DNA of 32,000 nt from an uncultured Mycoplasmatota bacterium. GTDB taxonomy: Bacteria > Bacillota_I > Bacilli_A > RF39 > UBA660. The DNA lies in NCBI GenBank assembly GCA_900546055.1, contig URBG01000007.1, positions 7,225 through 39,224 on the forward strand. Reading direction: 5' to 3'. Each line of letters begins with the position of its first letter. Within the stretch, counting starts at the first letter, position 1. The translations under genes were made by a program, and so were the position numbers. Below the pieces are notes generated by a model. That model was not told the DNA's origin. It searched no databases and was given only the letters and a program-made list of their open reading frames with translations. Shown in pieces: positions 16,143-24,246 of the stretch.

Positions 16143-17023
16143 TGGAAAAGGCAAAAGTTTATTTTACAAAAGAAATTACACCAGAGAAAGTAGTAGAAGT
16201 TTATGAAGCATTAAACAAAGAATTAGAAGGGAAAGTTGCTGTTAAGGTGCATTCAGGGGAAGCTGGGAATCAAAATTATTTACATCCAGAATTTATGCGT
16301 CCAATGATTGAGCGTGTTAATGGTACTGTTGTGGAGTGTAATACTGCTTATGATGGAGCACGTAATACGACAGAAAAACATAAAAAATTGATTGAAGATC
16401 ATGGTTGGACAAAATACTTTAATGTTGATTTAATGGATGCCGAAGGTGATGACTTGGTTCTTGATATTCCAGAAGGAAAAATTATAAATAGAAATTATGT
16501 TGGTAAAAATTTGGCTAATTATGATTCGATGTTAGTGTTGTCACATTTTAAAGGGCATCCAATGGGTGGCTATGGTGGAGCTTTAAAACAACTTTCAATA
16601 GGGGTTGCATCAAGTCATGGAAAAAGCTATATTCATTGTATTGGTAATGAAAATGGGACTTTTGAAGAGATGTTTCAAGTCGATCAAACGAAATTTTTAG
16701 AGGCTATGGCTGAAGCCGCTTCTTCGGTAGTTAAATATTTTAAGGGAAATGCGGTTTATATTAATGTCATGTGCAATATGTCAGTAGATTGTGATTGCTG
16801 TGCTGTTGCTGAAGATCCTTGTATGAAAGATATTGGTATTTTGGCTTCACTTGATCCTGTGGCTTTAGACGAGGCTTGTTTAGACTTAGTTTATAATTCT
16901 GATGATCCAGGCCGTGATCATTTAGTTGAAAGAATTGAAACAAGAAATGGAAGGCATACCGTTGATTATGCTGCTGAGATTGGTGTAGGAACAAAGGAAT
17001 ATGAGATAATAAACATTGATTAA
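16142..17023 (+). CDS. DUF362 domain protein (putative Fe-S/redox protein of unknown function)
   Basis: MEKAKVYFTKEI...VAVKVHSGEAGN...LSHFKGHPMGGYGGALKQLSIG matches the remembered DUF362 pattern, with a Cys cluster CNMSVDCDCC. I chose ATG 16142, which has RBS GAGGAG upstream and overlaps the flavodoxin TAA by 1 nt. The track start 16112 lies inside the flavodoxin gene. Confidence 0.7.
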   Translation: MEKAKVYFTKEITPEKVVEVYEALNKELEGKVAVKVHSGEAGNQNYLHPEFMRPMIERVNGTVVECNTAYDGARNTTEKHKKLIEDHGWTKYFNVDLMDAEGDDLVLDIPEGKIINRNYVGKNLANYDSMLVLSHFKGHPMGGYGGALKQLSIGVASSHGKSYIHCIGNENGTFEEMFQVDQTKFLEAMAEAASSVVKYFKGNAVYINVMCNMSVDCDCCAVAEDPCMKDIGILASLDPVALDEACLDLVYNSDDPGRDHLVERIETRNGRHTVDYAAEIGVGTKEYEIINID

Positions 17024-17049
17024 GGGGATATTATATATACCTTTTTTTC
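17024..17049 (+). terminator. probable intrinsic terminator of the MerR operon
   Basis: GGGATAT-TAT-ATATACC (one mismatch) followed by TTTTTTT. Confidence 0.4.
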
Positions 17050-17082
17050 TGATTATGATATAATTAATCTAGGAGGGTAAGT

Positions 17083-17613
17083 ATGGTTTATTTATGTAAT
17101 GTTAAGTCTCCAGTTGGTAATATTATGTTAGCAAGTGATGGCGATAATTTGATAGGTCTTTGGCTTGAAGGTCAAAAGTATTATGCCAGAACAATAAAAG
17201 GTGAAACCGATTTTAAAGATTTGCCTGTTTTTGAACAAACAAAAAAATGGTTAGCTGATTATTTTAAAGGCAATATTCCTAAAACAAAACTTTCTTTAAA
17301 ACCACACGGAAGTGAATTTCAGAAAAGGGTTTGGGATATGCTTGAACAAATACAATATGGAAAAACTATTACTTATGGTGATATTGCAAAGAAAATAGAA
17401 AAAGAAACAGGACGAAATGCTTCTGCTCAAGCAGTGGGTGGAGCGGTAGGCCATAATCCTATTTCTATAATTATTCCATGTCACCGCGTAGTTGGGGCAG
17501 ATGGAAGTTTAACTGGGTATGCTGGCGGAATTGATAAAAAGATAAAACTTTTAGAGCTTGAAGGCGTAGATATGCAAAACTTATATGTTCCTTCTAAGGG
17601 AACTGCACTTTAA
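17083..17613 (+). CDS. ogt: methylated-DNA--protein-cysteine methyltransferase
   Basis: Active-site IPCHRVV, upstream NPISIIIP and GYAGG motifs; RBS AGGAGGG. Confidence 0.9.
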   Translation: MVYLCNVKSPVGNIMLASDGDNLIGLWLEGQKYYARTIKGETDFKDLPVFEQTKKWLADYFKGNIPKTKLSLKPHGSEFQKRVWDMLEQIQYGKTITYGDIAKKIEKETGRNASAQAVGGAVGHNPISIIIPCHRVVGADGSLTGYAGGIDKKIKLLELEGVDMQNLYVPSKGTAL

Positions 17614-17630
17614 AAGTACTTATTAAAATT

Positions 17631-17668
17631 AAAAAATGCTAATAAATAAAGATTATCAGCATTTTTTG
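17631..17668 (+). terminator. probable intrinsic terminator
   Basis: AAAAAATGCT...AGCATTTTTT, A/T-flanked hairpin with an irregular upper stem. Confidence 0.5.
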
Positions 17669-17742
17669 TTTAAAATTACCGAAAATTGTTGTCATGATTT
17701 TTCGAATATGTTATAATGTACTTTAGAATAGGAGGGCTGAAT

Positions 17743-18003
17743 ATGAATGAAAAGATTAAAGTTATTAATGAAAATGGGGAAGAAATAGAAGCAGAAGTAC
17801 TACTATATTTTAATTTAGATAGTACAGGAAACGATTATATTTTATATACTTTTGGAGAAAAAGATGACCAAAAGATGGAAACTATTCACGCATCAATTTT
17901 AAATAAAACTGAAGATGGTTATAAGCTAGAAACTATGCCTGATGGAGATTGGGAGACAGTAAAAGAAGTAATGCGTGAAATTATAAGGAATGAAGAGGAA
18001 TAA
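17743..18003 (+). CDS. DUF1292 domain protein
   Basis: IKVINENGEEIEAEVLLYFNLDSTGNDYILYT matches the DUF1292 pattern. I chose ATG 17743 (RBS GGAGGG upstream) over the track start 17716. Confidence 0.7.
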   Translation: MNEKIKVINENGEEIEAEVLLYFNLDSTGNDYILYTFGEKDDQKMETIHASILNKTEDGYKLETMPDGDWETVKEVMREIIRNEEE

Positions 18004-18005
18004 AA

Positions 18006-19670
18006 ATGGAAATAAAAGCAATACCATATGGGGGTAGTAAAGCTGTTAAAATTACGGAAGTTATGCGCCGTGATTTGAATTCTTATAACCAAAGAAAACA
18101 GGAAGTGGCTAGTTTTGAAGAAGAAATTGCTAAATTAGAGCAATCACTTAATGAAAAGAAAGCTATGGTTGATGAACTAAATATTCAAGCCAGTAGTGAG
18201 GATAAAAAGGAAGCTAAAGATGCTACTAAAAAAATAAAAGCAGAAGAAAAAGAAATAAATAAAATTGATGATAATATTAAACGTACACAAGATAAAATGA
18301 AAAAATTAACTGATAAACAAGATAAAGTACAGTTAGTTGGAGTAGTTTTAAATTCTTTCCATGAAATAGAAGATACAAATTTAGAAAGCCAAGAAATGCC
18401 AGTGCAGGAAGAGGTTTCTGAAGTTGCCCCAGAAGTGCAAACACCTGAAGAAGTAACTACATCAGAAATTGACATGCCCGCAGAAAATGAAATAAATACT
18501 GAGATGCCTTCTATAGAGGAAGCGGTTCCAGTTGTTGAAACAGCTGAAGATTCAACAGCTTCTTTAGAAAATGATGAACAATCAGGTTTTGCATCTGAGT
18601 TAGATGATGATTTTGCATCTGAATTAGACGATGACTTCGAAATCGATGAATCAACAGATAATAATGAAGAAACTGGTGGGGAAAAGACTATTGAGCCTAC
18701 ACCAATTACGCCAGATTATAGTGGTTTAGATGATGAAACTAATGATAATTCTGATAATCCATTAGGTATTACAGAAGACGAAGCTAACCAAATTTGGGAG
18801 GGTCTTCAAAATGTAGAACTTTATAATGAAGAGACTCCAGCTACTTATGATGAGCCTCAGAATTATGAACCAATTACAGAGCCTTCGGCTGAAACTACGG
18901 CGGTAGAGGAAACAGAGATTCCAGAGGAAGCTGCACCTGTAATTCCAGAAAAAACTGAGGAAGAAGTTAAGGAAGAAGTTCATAATGATATTGAACAAAG
19001 CATTCCAATTGTTGAAGTTCCAACACCAGTGAACACTGAAACCGTTATGAATCAAGTGTATAATGAAGTAGGGGTAGAACCTGAGGAAGAGCCAAAGGAA
19101 AGAGACTTAAAGAATTTAACATTATTTAAGGACTATGCCGATTATGTATTTACGTTTGGCCAAAAGCATTATGAAAAGGATGCCTTAACACCTTCAGAAA
19201 TTGAAGCTTTAGACAATGTTAAAGATTTCTTATCAGAAAAGAGTTTCGAAACTAAGAGAACTACACAATATAAAAAGATTGATGATGAGAATAAAAAGTT
19301 AAAGAAGAAAGTTGTAACACTTGGTAAAGAGTTTACAAAGAATGTTGATAGTATCTCAGCTGAATATTCATCAGCAGTAGAAGAGTTAACAGAAATGGCT
19401 GAAGCGGCTAAAGAACAAGCCGAAGCTGATAGAGTTGAAAAAATTCAAACTCAAAAATTAAATGATTCTTTAACTGATACGATCAAAGAACAATCACAAA
19501 CTATTGAAGATTTGACTAATCAAAATAATGATTTACAAAGTACAATTGAAAGTCAAAATTCACAAATTGCTGATCTTGAAAAACAAAATGAAGAACAAGC
19601 AGCAAGAATTAGAGATTTTGAAGAAAAACTTAATACTGTATTTGGAATTGTTAAAGAAGTTAGTAATTAA
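18006..19670 (+). CDS. hyper-acidic coiled-coil protein, function unknown
   Basis: 554-aa ORF starting 2 nt after the DUF1292 stop, with RBS GAGGA. It has N- and C-terminal heptad-like K/E/Q-rich segments and a central ~250-aa D/E/T/P-rich low-complexity region. Confidence 0.7.
   Translation: MEIKAIPYGGSKAVKITEVMRRDLNSYNQRKQEVASFEEEIAKLEQSLNEKKAMVDELNIQASSEDKKEAKDATKKIKAEEKEINKIDDNIKRTQDKMKKLTDKQDKVQLVGVVLNSFHEIEDTNLESQEMPVQEEVSEVAPEVQTPEEVTTSEIDMPAENEINTEMPSIEEAVPVVETAEDSTASLENDEQSGFASELDDDFASELDDDFEIDESTDNNEETGGEKTIEPTPITPDYSGLDDETNDNSDNPLGITEDEANQIWEGLQNVELYNEETPATYDEPQNYEPITEPSAETTAVEETEIPEEAAPVIPEKTEEEVKEEVHNDIEQSIPIVEVPTPVNTETVMNQVYNEVGVEPEEEPKERDLKNLTLFKDYADYVFTFGQKHYEKDALTPSEIEALDNVKDFLSEKSFETKRTTQYKKIDDENKKLKKKVVTLGKEFTKNVDSISAEYSSAVEELTEMAEAAKEQAEADRVEKIQTQKLNDSLTDTIKEQSQTIEDLTNQNNDLQSTIESQNSQIADLEKQNEEQAARIRDFEEKLNTVFGIVKEVSN
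18588..18635 (+). repeat. in-frame tandem 24-nt repeat encoding FASELDDD x2
   Basis: TTTGCATCTGAGTTAGATGATGAT / TTTGCATCTGAATTAGACGATGAC, differing only at three synonymous third positions, then TTC. Confidence 0.9.
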
Positions 19671-19674
19671 TTTT

Positions 19675-19703
19675 AGAACAAGTTATATACTTGTTCTTTT
19701 TTA
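19675..19703 (+). terminator. intrinsic terminator
   Basis: AGAACAAGT-TATAT-ACTTGTTCT perfect 9-bp stem followed by TTTTTT. Confidence 0.85.
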
Positions 19704-19769
19704 TGAGCAATGTCGTTTTTTGTTGTTTTTTGTTATGCTCTATAGTATAATATAATCAGGAGGGATATA

Positions 19770-20204
19770 ATGGAGCAATGGTATGTATGGCTTGCTGTTA
19801 TCATAATTTTAGCTTTTTTGGAAGCAACAACAATCAACTTAACAACCATCTGGTTTGTAGCTAGTGGCTTAGTTGCTTTAGCGCTTTCATTCTTTACAGA
19901 TAACTATATTATCCAATTTGGGGTTTTCGTTATTTTAGGTGTTATTTTATTAGTAACAACTAAACCAATTTTAGAGAAAACTTTAAAAGCCAAAAAGGAA
20001 GCAACGAATGTTGAAAGAGTTATCGGAATGGAAGGCGTAGTTACTGAAAAGATAACTAAAAATCAAAACGGTGAAGTAAAAGTTGACGGGAAACGTTGGA
20101 CTGCTTATGCTGATAAGGCAATAAAAGAAGGCAGCGTTGTCAAAATTCTAGAGATAAATGGGGTTAAACTAAAAGTTGAACAGTTAGAGGGGGAAGAAAA
20201 ATGA
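19770..20204 (+). CDS. NfeD family membrane protein
   Basis: Two or three N-terminal TM helices plus a C-terminal OB-fold-like domain (GEVKVDGKRWTAYAD...GSVVKILEINGVKLKV). It is translationally coupled (ATGA) to the SPFH gene. Confidence 0.85.
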   Translation: MEQWYVWLAVIIILAFLEATTINLTTIWFVASGLVALALSFFTDNYIIQFGVFVILGVILLVTTKPILEKTLKAKKEATNVERVIGMEGVVTEKITKNQNGEVKVDGKRWTAYADKAIKEGSVVKILEINGVKLKVEQLEGEEK

Positions 20205-21088
20205 GTGTTTTTTTAGTAATTTTAGTTTTAGTAATAGTAATTATTATACCGAATGTAAAGGTAGTACCACAATCAAAGTGTTATATTATTGAAAGACTTG
20301 GATCATATTATACAACTTGGAGTAATGGTTTGCATTTTAAGATACCATTCGTTGATAGAGTATCAGCAGTAGTAAGTTTAAAGGAAATTGTTAAAGATTT
20401 CCCACCACAACCAGTTATTACCAAAGATAACGTTACTATGCAAATTGATACAGTAGTTTATTTCCAAATTACTGATCCAAAATTATATACTTATGGAGTT
20501 GAAAATCCAATCAATGCAATTGAAAATTTAACAGCAACTACACTTCGTAATATTATTGGTGAATTAGAATTAGACCAAACATTAACTTCAAGGGATGTAA
20601 TTAATTCTAAAATGCGTGCTATTTTAGATGAAGCTACTGATCCTTGGGGTATTAAAGTAAATCGTGTAGAAGTTAAAAATATTTTGCCACCACGTGATAT
20701 TCAGGAAGCAATGGAAAAACAAATGCGTGCTGAGCGTGAACGTCGTGAGTCAATTTTAAGAGCTGAAGGTGAGAAAAAATCTAGCATTTTAATTGCTGAA
20801 GGTGAAAAGCAAAGTGCAATTTTAAGAGCTGAAGCTGATAGGGAATCACAAATCAGAATTGCTGAAGGTGAAGCTGAAGCAATATTAAAAATTAATCAAG
20901 CGGAAGCTGAAAGTATTAAAATGATTAAAGAAGCAAAAGCTGATCAAACTGTTCTTACTTTAAGAAGTTTTGAAGCTTTAGCTAAAGTTGCTAACGGTAA
21001 TGCAACTAAAATTATTGTGCCATCAGAATTACAAAATATGGCAACGCTTGGAACTACATTAAGCGAAATGTTCAAGGATAAAAAATAA
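20201..21088 (+). CDS. SPFH/band-7 (stomatin/slipin-like) protein
   Basis: N-terminal TM, PHB domain (VPQSKCYIIERLG...ITKDNVTMQIDTVVYFQITDP) and a C-terminal AEGE-repeat coiled coil. Confidence 0.9.
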   Translation: MSVFLVILVLVIVIIIPNVKVVPQSKCYIIERLGSYYTTWSNGLHFKIPFVDRVSAVVSLKEIVKDFPPQPVITKDNVTMQIDTVVYFQITDPKLYTYGVENPINAIENLTATTLRNIIGELELDQTLTSRDVINSKMRAILDEATDPWGIKVNRVEVKNILPPRDIQEAMEKQMRAERERRESILRAEGEKKSSILIAEGEKQSAILRAEADRESQIRIAEGEAEAILKINQAEAESIKMIKEAKADQTVLTLRSFEALAKVANGNATKIIVPSELQNMATLGTTLSEMFKDKK

Positions 21089-21104
21089 AATTGAAGATTA
21101 AGTT

Positions 21105-21132
21105 AAAAACATGTCTAATAGACATGTTTTTT
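21105..21132 (+). terminator. intrinsic terminator
   Basis: AAAAACATGTC-TAATA-GACATGTTTTT followed by more Ts. Confidence 0.85.
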
Positions 21133-21280
21133 ATGATGTGTAATATCAAAATTTATCTTTTGTCTATTTGATGTAAATTTTTTCAATGAAAACTCGTCTG
21201 GTATGAAGGCATATGATATTATGAATATAAGATAAAAAAATAGGGAAAACTAAATTCGTAGCAAAAATGAGAGAGGTAAT

Positions 21281-22519
21281 ATGAGCAATAATAAAAAAAG
21301 AAATATAATAATAGGAAGTTTGTGTGCAATAGTCCTATTAATGTCAGTTGGGTATGCTGCGTTTCAAACAGTATTAAATATCCAAGGAACAAGTAATATA
21401 ACAAGTAGTTGGAATGTAAAGATAACAAAAGTAGAAAGTAAAAACATTGTAGGCACAGCCAGTAATAGTGGTGATCCTAGTTTTGAAGAATTGAGTGCAA
21501 CCTTTAAAACATCACTTCAAACACCAGATGATAGTATAGAGTATGATATTACAGTAAGTAATGCCGGAAGCTTGGATGCCAAGTTAGATGAAATAACCTT
21601 AAGTGATACAAATAATCCAGCAATCAAGTTTACTTCATCAGGAATGGCCAAAGGTGACGTAATACCAGCTGGAAGTACTAAAGTATTAACCGTAAAAGTA
21701 GAATACTTAAGCAGTGTAAGTGAACAACCGACAAATACAACATCAACCTTAACAGTAAACTTAGATTATAGTCAGGCTACAAGCGTGGCGCCAAGCGGAG
21801 AGAGTGCAGCTGATAAACTAATAGGAACAGCCGTTACAACAGGGGATGGTTTATATGAAGATACATATGAGCCAGGAAGATATGTATATAAAGGGGCTAA
21901 TCCGAATAACTACATAACATTTAATAATGAGGAGTGGCGAATTATAGCTGTAGAGGCTGATGGAACACTAAAGGTAATAAGAAATGAGAGTATAGGATCA
22001 ATGGCTTGGGATGAAACCAATTCAAATAATTGGGAACGACCAGCCACTTTAAATACATATTTAAACAATGATTACTATAATACTTTATCAACCGCCGCTC
22101 AAAGTCAAATTCAAAATTATAGTTTTAGTGTAGATAAATCATCAGTCAACAATGTTGATTTATCTGAACAAATAGCCAGTGAAAACTCTAGAATACTGTC
22201 AGGGAATATAGGTTTAATAAGTTCAAATGATTATTTAAGAGCGAATATTAATGAAGAGCAATGTGGTAGCTTTAGTTTAAATAATACAAATGCTTCAACT
22301 TGCAAAACAACGAATTATTTAGTACCACCGATTGGTAAATTATGGACTGTTACTAATGGCACGCGGCCACCTTATGTGACCTATGTGAGTTCGGAAGGAG
22401 TTTTGGGTTATGAGGACGCAGAATATATTGGTTGTATTGTTTATCCCACTCTTTATCTAAAATCTGATATTACATTGGCAGAGGAAGGAACAAAGATTAA
22501 TCCATATATAATAGTTTAG
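21281..22519 (+). CDS. membrane-anchored/secreted surface protein, function unknown
   Basis: RBS GAGAGG. N-terminal signal anchor KKRNIIIGSLCAIVLLMSVGYAAF, a beta-rich Ig-like segment (DDSIEYDITVSNAGSLDAKL), then a C-terminal domain containing GDGLYEDTYEPGRYVYKGANPNNYITFNNEEWRIIAVEADGTLKVI. Confidence 0.6.
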   Translation: MSNNKKRNIIIGSLCAIVLLMSVGYAAFQTVLNIQGTSNITSSWNVKITKVESKNIVGTASNSGDPSFEELSATFKTSLQTPDDSIEYDITVSNAGSLDAKLDEITLSDTNNPAIKFTSSGMAKGDVIPAGSTKVLTVKVEYLSSVSEQPTNTTSTLTVNLDYSQATSVAPSGESAADKLIGTAVTTGDGLYEDTYEPGRYVYKGANPNNYITFNNEEWRIIAVEADGTLKVIRNESIGSMAWDETNSNNWERPATLNTYLNNDYYNTLSTAAQSQIQNYSFSVDKSSVNNVDLSEQIASENSRILSGNIGLISSNDYLRANINEEQCGSFSLNNTNASTCKTTNYLVPPIGKLWTVTNGTRPPYVTYVSSEGVLGYEDAEYIGCIVYPTLYLKSDITLAEEGTKINPYIIV

Positions 22520-22530
22520 AAATGAAATAT

Positions 22531-22603
22531 ATTGTAAAGAAAAAAAGATTGCTTCATTTATTAGATAAATAAGATTAGAAAGCTAGTCTTTTTTCTTTAC
22601 AAT
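22531..22603. repeat. long AT-rich inverted repeat (possible terminator) abutting the next promoter
   Basis: ATTGTAAAGAAAAAAAGA (22531-22548) pairs with TCTTTTTTCTTTACAAT (22587-22603) with one bulged A. The ~38-nt loop contains an inner ATTTAT-TAG-ATAAAT hairpin. Confidence 0.35.
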
Positions 22604-22605
22604 TG

Positions 22606-22635
22606 TTGACATAAAGCGTAAAAAAGCTGTATAAT
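22606..22635 (+). promoter_or_regulatory. sigma-A-type promoter of the 507-aa orphan gene
   Basis: TTGACA (22606-22611), 18-nt spacer, TATAAT (22630-22635). Confidence 0.6.
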
Positions 22636-22665
22636 GTAAATAAGAAATAGATACTTGGAAAATGG

Positions 22666-24189
22666 GTGATCAGGGTGGCAGAAGAAAACATAAAGAAACC
22701 AAAGTTCAGTGAAATTAAAGATTGGCTTCAAGAACATTTAGATGAGCCAAATCATTTAATACTTAAAAATGACAAGTTAAGTAGAATTGTCACTGTTAAT
22801 TCTCTTTCTGGAGGAAGGGAATATACGATTCCTGTAAAGCCGTTAAAGCCTAGCGTTGATGCTTCAAAGGAAGAAATTTTAGAATTTAAAAAGTCACTTA
22901 TGGGATTTAGAGAAGCCTGGGTTGACGTTTATTTAGGGTGTTTAGATTATTTAAAACAGAATGTGGCTTTATTGTTTGAAACTGGTAAAATTGAACATTC
23001 TGAAGATGGTAATACAGTCGTAATTGAAGATAGAGAATTTAAGTTTACTGACGAGATGGACAGTGTAGCTTATATTAATATGTTAGAAGAGGTATCAAAG
23101 GCATATGATAAAAAAATAGAAGACGAACGTCAGCGAAAGGCGGATAATCTTTCTAAAATTGCCGTTCATAAAATTACAGTACCACTTGACCCAGTTGCTA
23201 GCGCTTTAGGAAAAACAAATGCAGAAATGGTAATATCTGGTGGTGTAACAGAACTTACTAGTTTACCAGAAGGGACTTATCCTATCATCGGTGAGCAGGT
23301 TTCTTTGAGCAACGAGCCACAATTTACGCAAGCTGATTATGAAAATTATGCTGCTAATAAAAATGCAAATATAGAAGTGCCTGTTTACGAAGAACCAAAA
23401 TCGGAAATGGAAGTAATTATTCCAATTCCAGATGAAGACGTTTCTAAAGCAATAAAGACAGAAATGACACCAAAAAAGAAGAGAAAAGCTAAAATTGCCG
23501 ATTTAGAAAAACTTAGAAATTTACAATCTACTAAAATGGTGTATGCTAAATTGACTGATGATGATCGTTTATCAAAATCAGATTGTGATGCACTGCGTGA
23601 TAAGGAAATTATTTTTGTTCCAGGAACAGCATCAAATAAAGGTGAACCAATTTTTAGCGATAATATGGATTTTCTTCAAGATGTTATTCCAAATGTTCCA
23701 AGAGCGGCTTTTATAAGTGGTAAAGCAGTTTCAATGGAAAAAGTTCCAAAAGAAGCTTTAAAAATAATTAAGCTATGTAGTGAGGATGTTAATTCAGGCA
23801 TTATTTGTTATGAGGTTAACAATGATGCTTTAAGAGGCTTAACTGATGATAAAGAAAATTTCTTATCAGCAATGATAGCAGTTGAACAAATGAATGAAGT
23901 TTTGGCCAATGAAGGTTATAGACCAATGATTTGTATGGACTTAGATGTAAGAAGTACTTATGATCAAGTAAACACTGAATTAAGACCAGGACACGAAGAG
24001 CAATATCCTATTTTGACGCGTATATCTTCTAGACAATTAGATGAAGTCGATGATAATATGAATTTGATTGTTATGGATCCGGGATATGAAAATGACCAAG
24101 TTATTGTCGATGGCAACACACAAGAATATATAAATCAAGCAATTAGAAATATAAAACATGTTAAAATGTCAAGTCAGCAAGCTGCTTGA
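22666..24189 (+). CDS. hypothetical protein (507 aa), no recognisable family
   Basis: Long ORF with its own consensus promoter. The start is uncertain: GTG 22666 has a weak RBS, while GTG 22675 follows GGGTGA. There is a basic patch KKKRKAK mid-protein. Confidence 0.6.
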   Translation: MIRVAEENIKKPKFSEIKDWLQEHLDEPNHLILKNDKLSRIVTVNSLSGGREYTIPVKPLKPSVDASKEEILEFKKSLMGFREAWVDVYLGCLDYLKQNVALLFETGKIEHSEDGNTVVIEDREFKFTDEMDSVAYINMLEEVSKAYDKKIEDERQRKADNLSKIAVHKITVPLDPVASALGKTNAEMVISGGVTELTSLPEGTYPIIGEQVSLSNEPQFTQADYENYAANKNANIEVPVYEEPKSEMEVIIPIPDEDVSKAIKTEMTPKKKRKAKIADLEKLRNLQSTKMVYAKLTDDDRLSKSDCDALRDKEIIFVPGTASNKGEPIFSDNMDFLQDVIPNVPRAAFISGKAVSMEKVPKEALKIIKLCSEDVNSGIICYEVNNDALRGLTDDKENFLSAMIAVEQMNEVLANEGYRPMICMDLDVRSTYDQVNTELRPGHEEQYPILTRISSRQLDEVDDNMNLIVMDPGYENDQVIVDGNTQEYINQAIRNIKHVKMSSQQAA

Positions 24190-24246
24190 TGTTTTTTTTG
24201 ATTTTATTAAGTAACTAGCGTATAATTAATATAGCGAGGTGAAAGA

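Noticed and set aside
19528-19755. + strand 75-aa ORF overlapping the 3' end of the 554-aa gene and its terminator. The + strand 64-aa ORF at 27799-27993 inside msrAB is a similar case.
   Set aside because: Both are out-of-frame overlaps with strongly supported genes, have no RBS, and one runs through an intrinsic terminator. They are artefacts.
21281-21400. A TasA/camelysin-type SipW-dependent signal peptide on the 412-aa protein.
   Set aside because: There is only a loose resemblance (GYAAF versus G-T-x-A-x-F-[SN]-D). No sipW or tasA-like genes are nearby, so this cannot be supported without an HMM search.
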